The translations under genes and the position numbers were made by a program. The notes under the pieces were generated by a model that saw only the letters and a list, made by a program, of their open reading frames with translations, ran no database searches and had not been told where the DNA came from. Positions 58,645-64,000 of a stretch of 64,000 nt of DNA are shown here, piece after piece. Origin of the DNA: Candidatus Altimarinota bacterium (GTDB lineage Bacteria; Patescibacteriota; Gracilibacteria; CAIRYL01); contig OZ252287.1 in NCBI GenBank assembly GCA_965250085.1, positions 1,304,808 through 1,368,807 on the forward strand, written 5' to 3'. The first letter of the stretch is position 1, and each line of letters starts with the position of its first letter.

Positions 58645-59685
58645 ATGAAATTAAACAAAACAATTTTTGTGGCGCTTATATGTGTTATAACTGTTGGAGT
58701 CGGTTTTTATTTTCTCACCATGCATAGTGAGAAAATATTTCCATCATCACTTGTTTCTGAGAATGATAAGATCCCTGAGGAATTAATCGTTGCTGACCTC
58801 GAGGACTCCTCAAACTCCTTTCGTAATAACATTCCCACAAATGTTATGGATGAAAATGATGATGAAATTGTTCAACAAGAAATCGAAGACTCAAATGGGC
58901 CTTCCGTCAATTCTCCTAATAATATAGTTGCAAACAAAATAGATAACAGGCTTTATTCTTTGATAGATTATCCGTTGAAACAATCTCCTGTTTACAATCA
59001 ACTTGATGAAGAATTTCGTACTGATTCTTATTGGGCGAATGCTCAAGATACCCGTCTTGTAAGAAATGATACCGAAGTTATTATCCCAAGTCTGATTCAA
59101 GTCATTTCTGCTGTTCAAAATAAAGAACCCAATGGCTCAATGGTCGTTGATATTTTTTCTATACCCGCTGTCAAAGAACATTTGTATTTAAAAACTCGCC
59201 ATATTTTTGGTAGTGACATGCCATATTCTGGAATAGAGGAAATATACCGCTTAGATTTGTTAGACCTTTCAATTCATGAATTAGCTATTTCTGATTTTGT
59301 GAGGACTGTCGACTTGTATAGAGGTGCTGCTGGTGCAAGTTATGAAATTTTAGCGAATGGGAAAAATTTGATCAAATGGAATATGAATGGGGTATATATG
59401 ATCAATCTGGAAACAGACTCGAAAAATGATTTTTTCATTGCTCCAGAAAATCAATGGCTAATTTCGAGTATAGTGTTTGGAATGGGTCAATCTGCACAAT
59501 ACGATATAGAAGTAAATGAAGACCAAGTTGTGGTTGGGATATATGACAAAACTCAAACCCAAGAAGGTCATCCCATCAACATAGATCAATATGGAAATGT
59601 TAAGATAGAATCAGATACTTGGAATCGGGAATTTGATACAATTAGCCCTAAATTTGTTGATCGGATAACAATTTCCATTCCTTAA
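58645..59685 (+). CDS. Hypothetical membrane-anchored/secreted protein
   Basis: N-terminal TM; 346 aa; AT-rich. Confidence 0.8.
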   Translation: MKLNKTIFVALICVITVGVGFYFLTMHSEKIFPSSLVSENDKIPEELIVADLEDSSNSFRNNIPTNVMDENDDEIVQQEIEDSNGPSVNSPNNIVANKIDNRLYSLIDYPLKQSPVYNQLDEEFRTDSYWANAQDTRLVRNDTEVIIPSLIQVISAVQNKEPNGSMVVDIFSIPAVKEHLYLKTRHIFGSDMPYSGIEEIYRLDLLDLSIHELAISDFVRTVDLYRGAAGASYEILANGKNLIKWNMNGVYMINLETDSKNDFFIAPENQWLISSIVFGMGQSAQYDIEVNEDQVVVGIYDKTQTQEGHPINIDQYGNVKIESDTWNREFDTISPKFVDRITISIP

Positions 59686-59691
59686 TAAGCA

Positions 59692-59801
59692 TCATCTCGA
59701 ATTCAACATACTGCTCTCTCCCTTCGAGAGTTCCCAGTGCACAGTGTCTTCGGATTCATGCTTCTCCCGCTTTGCGGGATCGCATTCATCTCGAATTCAA
59801 C
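59692..59801. repeat. 16-bp direct repeat flanking hairpins at the tRNA 3' end
   Basis: TCATCTCGAATTCAAC at 59692-59707 and 59786-59801. Confidence 0.75.
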
Positions 59802-59803
59802 TG

Positions 59804-59895
59804 TGGCGGAGAGGGGGGGATTCGAACCCCCGAACCGAGTTGCCCCGGTTAACACCTTAGCAGGGTGCCGCTTTCAACCACTCAGCCACCTCTCC
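59804..59895 (-). tRNA. tRNA-Ser(GCT)
   Basis: GGAGAGG/CCTCTCC acceptor stem, GCACC-CTGCTAA-GGTGT anticodon arm, long variable arm, GGTTCGAATCC, encoded CCA. Confidence 0.97.
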
Positions 59896-60071
59896 ATAGT
59901 TTCTGAGCGCTCGCTATTTTGTCGAAATTTAACAAAGCTGTCTAATCTTTTTCTCAGAAAAGATGTAATTTAATTATAAATAAGAAAGATTACACATTTG
60001 CAACGGAGTCAATTGCAATAATTCTTTGATCATTTATACTGCTGAGTGTTGTGTTTTTCAGAGCATTGTCT

Positions 60072-61817
60072 ATGGATATTCCGATTCACAAAACTGATGT
60101 CCTGATTATTGGATCTGGTGGGGCGGGACTCAGGGCGGCAATTGAGCTTCACGATAACAATGTAGATGTATTAGTGGTCGGGAAATGTAAAAAACGAGAG
60201 GCTCATACAAAAGAGGCTCAAGGTGGCATTAATGCTGCACTTGGTACTATGGATGAAAAGGACAGTTGGGAAGTCCATGCGGCAGATACTATTCGCGATG
60301 GAGGGGGAATTAATGATGCCATAGCAGTAGAAACTCTTTGCAAGCACGCGCCTGAAATGATTCATGAACTGGATGCATGGGGATGTCCATTTGCGAAAGA
60401 TGAGAATGGAAAAATTATTCAACGATTTTTTGGAGCGGCAACATATCGTCGTGCCTGTTTCGTGGGATCTTCCACAGGTCTTGCTATTTTAAATACACTT
60501 GTTGACCAAGTTGAGAAGAGAAAAATACCATTCCAAAGTGACATCTATATTTTTTCCCTTCTTCATAAGAATGGAAATGTAAATGGAGCTCTTGGGCTCA
60601 ATATGAAAACAGGAGAAGTAATTGCTTTTCATGCAAAGGCAGTCATTCTGGCAACTGGTGGTCATTCGCGAATGTTCAAACGAAGCAGTTCTCGTTTCTG
60701 GGAAAACAACGGTGATGGAATCGCCCTTGCATATGATTTGGGTGCTTCATTTCAGGATATGGAAATGTTTCAGTTTCATCCCACAGGGATGGTATTTCCC
60801 GAAGAAGCTGAAGGACTCCTTATTACTGAAGCGACACGTGGAGAAGGAGGTATTCTCACGAATGCAAACGGTGAAAGATTTATGAAGAATTATGCTCCTG
60901 AAAGCATGGAGCTTTCCGCTCGTGATGTGGTGTCCCGTGCTAACTATTTCGAGATTGAAGCTGGGAGGGGAACAGAAAATGGGGGAGTGTACTTAGATAT
61001 TAGCCATAAAGGAAAAGACTATATTCTTGAGCGTCTTCCGGAAATATATGAAAAATACTTGGAATATACGGGCATTGATATTTCTGAGGGGAAGATGGAG
61101 GTAGCGCCTACAGCTCACTACTCTATGGGAGGACTGCAGATCGATCATATGACCGGCAAGGTGTTGCAGAATACGTCAAAATGCATTCCACGCCTCTATG
61201 CCATTGGTGAGATAGCGGGCGGAGTACACGGCGGCAACAGATTGGGAGGCAACAGCTTGGCAGAGATCTTGGTCTTTGGGCGCCTCACATCTCAACAAAT
61301 TCTCAAAGAACTTGATGGATATGAAAATCTGGAGATCGATATGGATCTAATAAAGCAAAAATATTCTGAATTTGAGTCTCTGCAGAGTGAGAAAGGAGAA
61401 GATCCGGTGCAGATAAAAAAAGATATTCAAGAGGTAATGTCTCGATTGGTGGGAGTGGTGCGAGATGAAGAGGGGATGAAACAAGCTCAAAAAGAGCTCG
61501 CAGGTTTCCATGATATGAAACTGAAAACCGGTTCGAGCACTAAAGACAATGAAGCTCTGATCGCGGCACTGGATGTACAGAATATGATTCCTACTTGTGA
61601 AATGATTATTGCCAGTGCACTTGAACGTACCGAAAGCAGAGCAGCTCATTATAGACGCGATTTTCCTGAAACTGATGAGACTTGGCAGAAGAATATTATC
61701 TGTACTCCCGCCTCTGAAAGCGTAGAGATCAGCCTTAAATCCGTAGAGCCTGCCTCTGAATCGGTACAGAGGCTATTGATTCAAAAAAAGAAGGTGAGCA
61801 CGGAGCTTTTGGAATAG
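60072..61817 (+). CDS. Succinate dehydrogenase/fumarate reductase flavoprotein-like protein
   Basis: GSGGAG, AHTKEAQGG, QFHPTG, EATRGEGG, ARDVVSR, HYSMGG, HGGNRLGGNSL, ESRAAH. Confidence 0.88.
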   Translation: MDIPIHKTDVLIIGSGGAGLRAAIELHDNNVDVLVVGKCKKREAHTKEAQGGINAALGTMDEKDSWEVHAADTIRDGGGINDAIAVETLCKHAPEMIHELDAWGCPFAKDENGKIIQRFFGAATYRRACFVGSSTGLAILNTLVDQVEKRKIPFQSDIYIFSLLHKNGNVNGALGLNMKTGEVIAFHAKAVILATGGHSRMFKRSSSRFWENNGDGIALAYDLGASFQDMEMFQFHPTGMVFPEEAEGLLITEATRGEGGILTNANGERFMKNYAPESMELSARDVVSRANYFEIEAGRGTENGGVYLDISHKGKDYILERLPEIYEKYLEYTGIDISEGKMEVAPTAHYSMGGLQIDHMTGKVLQNTSKCIPRLYAIGEIAGGVHGGNRLGGNSLAEILVFGRLTSQQILKELDGYENLEIDMDLIKQKYSEFESLQSEKGEDPVQIKKDIQEVMSRLVGVVRDEEGMKQAQKELAGFHDMKLKTGSSTKDNEALIAALDVQNMIPTCEMIIASALERTESRAAHYRRDFPETDETWQKNIICTPASESVEISLKSVEPASESVQRLLIQKKKVSTELLE

Positions 61818-61819
61818 TT

Positions 61820-63328
61820 TTACCTCGACTCCACGGTGACCTTAGACACTTCTGCGCGGGTAGCGGAATTGCTCGGTCCAAAGGTGCCATCGGCATATCC
61901 ACTCACTATACCGTTTTCGACAGCATAGTTTACAAAAGGCATGTACCAAGCACTAGAATCAGTGTCAGGAAAGTTTGCGTCTGCCGCTTCACTGGGATTT
62001 CCACCAAAAGTATTTACCATCATCTTTACCACTTCTGCGCGATTAATTTCTTGATTCGGTCGATACATACCATCAGGGTATCCACTGACAATGTTATACA
62101 CCTTCGCAGTACAGATATACTTGGAGTACCATTCATTGATCCCTACGTCAGGAAAAAAGACATAAGTCCAACCAGACTCAGTATTTTCTGAAAGGCAATT
62201 ATTAATAATACTTTCACCAAAAGCGGCACCAATGATCATTTTTGTGAGTTCTGCTCTGGTGATTAGAGCATCAGGATCAAAAACAGTACCAGATTTTCCA
62301 TTGATAATATTTTGCTGATAGAGCTCAAAGATATAGGACTCTGCCCAGTGTCCAAAGGTGTCGAGAAACGGATTAGTGCTACTCCCGATGTCACCATCTC
62401 CATCTCCGTCTCCGTCACCATCACCATCACCATCTCCGTCTCCATCGCCATCTCCATCTCCGTCTCCATCTCCGTCTCCGTCACCATCACCATCTCCGTC
62501 TCCGTCACCATCACCATCTCCGTCACCATCTCCGTCTCCATCACCATCACCATCTCCGTCTCCGTCTCCATCTCCATCTCCATCACCGTCACCGTCACCA
62601 TCTCCTCCGGTAATTTCCAGAATAAATGTTTGCGTGTCCTGTTCCCCAGGATCGCTAAAATCATCATCATCATTTTTATCTACACAGGAAGAATAATCAT
62701 ATGATCCGGAAACAGTAGGATAGCCAAACTCACACGTACATCCATCGCCAAGAGGGTCAAACTCACACTGACATACCTCTACTCCAAAGCAAGATGCCTC
62801 TCGTATTGAAGTAATAATACCTTCACATTCTTCCATGCCATGAGTTTCAGCAGCAACCTTAGAGGTCGCGTCATCGCCACTTAAATCCATATAGATATTT
62901 CCCTGACACCCTTCCACTACTGTAAACCCAGAAAATATACAGTTTTCTGCAATATCATTCATGGCATTTCCATCGGTATCAATAGCGATGTCATATGACC
63001 CCAGTTCCAATTGATCCCAAACGAGCGTCAGCGGAATAGTGCCATCAGCTCCCACATCAATAAGTCCTATAGGGCCTACTCCGATATCCACGAGAGATTC
63101 TCCTCCAGTCCATGTATCCTTATGATCAACGACATAGATCTCTACACTTTTGTGTTGGGCTGCATCACATGTGCCAGTGACATATGCATTTTCAATTACT
63201 GAAAACACACTCTTGAAAATACCAGAAGAGTTTGCAGTAGTAATAGTGTTTTCTGCGTATCCAGTAAATACCGAAAAACCTAACAGCAAAAGAGAAAATA
63301 CGCTTCCCAGAAAGAATATTTTTTTCAT
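61820..63328 (-). CDS. S-layer homology (SLH) domain protein with a (GD)36 linker
   Basis: Signal peptide; three SLH units (ITRAE, INRAE, ATRAE); start at MKKIFF. Confidence 0.88.
   Translation of the reverse strand: MKKIFFLGSVFSLLLLGFSVFTGYAENTITTANSSGIFKSVFSVIENAYVTGTCDAAQHKSVEIYVVDHKDTWTGGESLVDIGVGPIGLIDVGADGTIPLTLVWDQLELGSYDIAIDTDGNAMNDIAENCIFSGFTVVEGCQGNIYMDLSGDDATSKVAAETHGMEECEGIITSIREASCFGVEVCQCEFDPLGDGCTCEFGYPTVSGSYDYSSCVDKNDDDDFSDPGEQDTQTFILEITGGDGDGDGDGDGDGDGDGDGDGDGDGDGDGDGDGDGDGDGDGDGDGDGDGDGDGDGDGDGDGDGDGDGDGDGDIGSSTNPFLDTFGHWAESYIFELYQQNIINGKSGTVFDPDALITRAELTKMIIGAAFGESIINNCLSENTESGWTYVFFPDVGINEWYSKYICTAKVYNIVSGYPDGMYRPNQEINRAEVVKMMVNTFGGNPSEAADANFPDTDSSAWYMPFVNYAVENGIVSGYADGTFGPSNSATRAEVSKVTVESR
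62390..62605 (-). repeat. Coding hexamer repeat encoding (Gly-Asp)36
   Basis: 216 nt of GG(A/T)GA(C/T) units. Confidence 0.95.
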
Positions 63329-63388
63329 ATCAAAAAGGAAGAGAAATGGATATACTGGGATTATACGGCTTTTCTTTTTTTGCACAAT

Positions 63389-63718
63389 ATGAAGCACTCG
63401 TTCCAAAATGCATTTACTCTTACCAATCTTCAACAACTCCTGATTTCTATTCCTTCAGGAAAAATAACAACCTATGCGGAACTGGCAAAAAAAATGGGAA
63501 CCCCCAAAGCATATCGAGCGGTGGGAACTCTTTGTGGAAAAAATCCGGAAGCAGATAGATATCCGTGTTTCAAAGTGGTCAAAAGTGATGGAAGTATTGG
63601 AGAATTTGCACGAGGACAGAAAGACAAAATTCGAAGACTTAAAAAAGAGGGGATTCAAGTACACAACGGAAAAGTTGTAGATTTTGAAGAAAGAAAATAC
63701 AAATTTTCAACTCTTTAA
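63389..63718 (+). CDS. MGMT/Ogt-family alkyltransferase-like protein
   Basis: IPSGKITTYAELA, RAVG, PCFKVV, LKKEG. Confidence 0.85.
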   Translation: MKHSFQNAFTLTNLQQLLISIPSGKITTYAELAKKMGTPKAYRAVGTLCGKNPEADRYPCFKVVKSDGSIGEFARGQKDKIRRLKKEGIQVHNGKVVDFEERKYKFSTL

Positions 63719-63734
63719 TTCTTCATTCTTAAAA

Positions 63735-64000
63735 ATGGAAGACGAAACATCTCCAGAAAAATATCTTCGGCAAATACGAGACATTGAAATGCAAAACAGA
63801 AAGCTCTTGGAAGAACTGGTCGAGTATAAAAAAAAAGAAAAGAAAAAAACAAAGTGGATACTATTAGGAAGAATACTTACCATTTTGCTTCCTTACATTC
63901 TTGTTGTTCTTTTGGGATTATTTTTTTATATCAAAATAATGGGAGCACTGAGTTCTTTTGAAAGTTCTATAAAGGGACTTGTTCCAGATGTGCCAAGTAT
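63735..64000 (+). CDS. Hypothetical membrane protein, truncated by the window end
   Basis: Open frame from ATG 63735 (MEDETSPEKYLRQ...), with a TM segment, running to the edge. Confidence 0.65.
   Translation, partial: MEDETSPEKYLRQIRDIEMQNRKLLEELVEYKKKEKKKTKWILLGRILTILLPYILVVLLGLFFYIKIMGALSSFESSIKGLVPDVPS

Noticed and set aside
56200-59803. Integrase-mediated island at tRNA-Ser
   Set aside because: No integrase and no duplicated tRNA 3' end (att site) found; AT-rich genes are interleaved with typical host genes.
59737-59973. 78-aa ORF containing AERGGFEPP
   Set aside because: Antisense translation of the tRNA-Ser gene.
62390-62605. Possible CRISPR array
   Set aside because: A 6-nt coding repeat with no unique spacers and no cas genes in the window.
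62263-62704. Poly-SP, poly-ME/TE and poly-IS/VS ORFs
   Set aside because: Alternative frames and strands of the GD-coding hexamer repeat, which lacks stop codons.
1-64000. Genetic code 25 (UGA=Gly), as in Gracilibacteria/Absconditabacteria
   Set aside because: mscS and trpS end at TGA at their expected C-termini, and long Gly-rich ORFs are unbroken under code 11.

Overview
Bacterial chromosomal DNA, AT-rich and gene-dense, read with the standard code (long ORFs end in TGA and have no internal TGA). The gene mix points to a Patescibacteria/CPR genome, plausibly Peregrinibacteria-like; this is an inference from VirB2-like pilins, a VirD4-like ATPase, a TrmB regulator beside a Cys-rich CPR-type protein, PKD/SLH surface proteins, class I LysRS and mostly SD-less starts. 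Core genes: ddl, korAB plus flavodoxin, mscS, lysS, trpS, topA, gatCA, folP, raiA, PBP1A, grx and tRNA-Ser(GCT). Orphan genes, several with their own sigma70-like promoters, are interspersed. There is one complete 710-bp IS1595-family element with an 8-bp TSD and an identical partial copy at the window start. The most notable unexplained structures are: (i) a palindromic repeat family that has inserted in frame into two proteins, together with nested mini-elements and heptamer arrays; (ii) a promoter-driven, ORF-free structured RNA candidate at about 283-400; (iii) an inverted, degenerate copy of the tRNA-Ser promoter and 5' end placed in front of an orphan gene; (iv) a pilin / pilin-PKD fusion / PKD-anchor operon; (v) a STAS-HATPase + STAS pair under a perfect palindromic operator. 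I found no CRISPR array, rRNA, reverse transcriptase or integrase. All family assignments come from motif recognition by eye, not from database searches.
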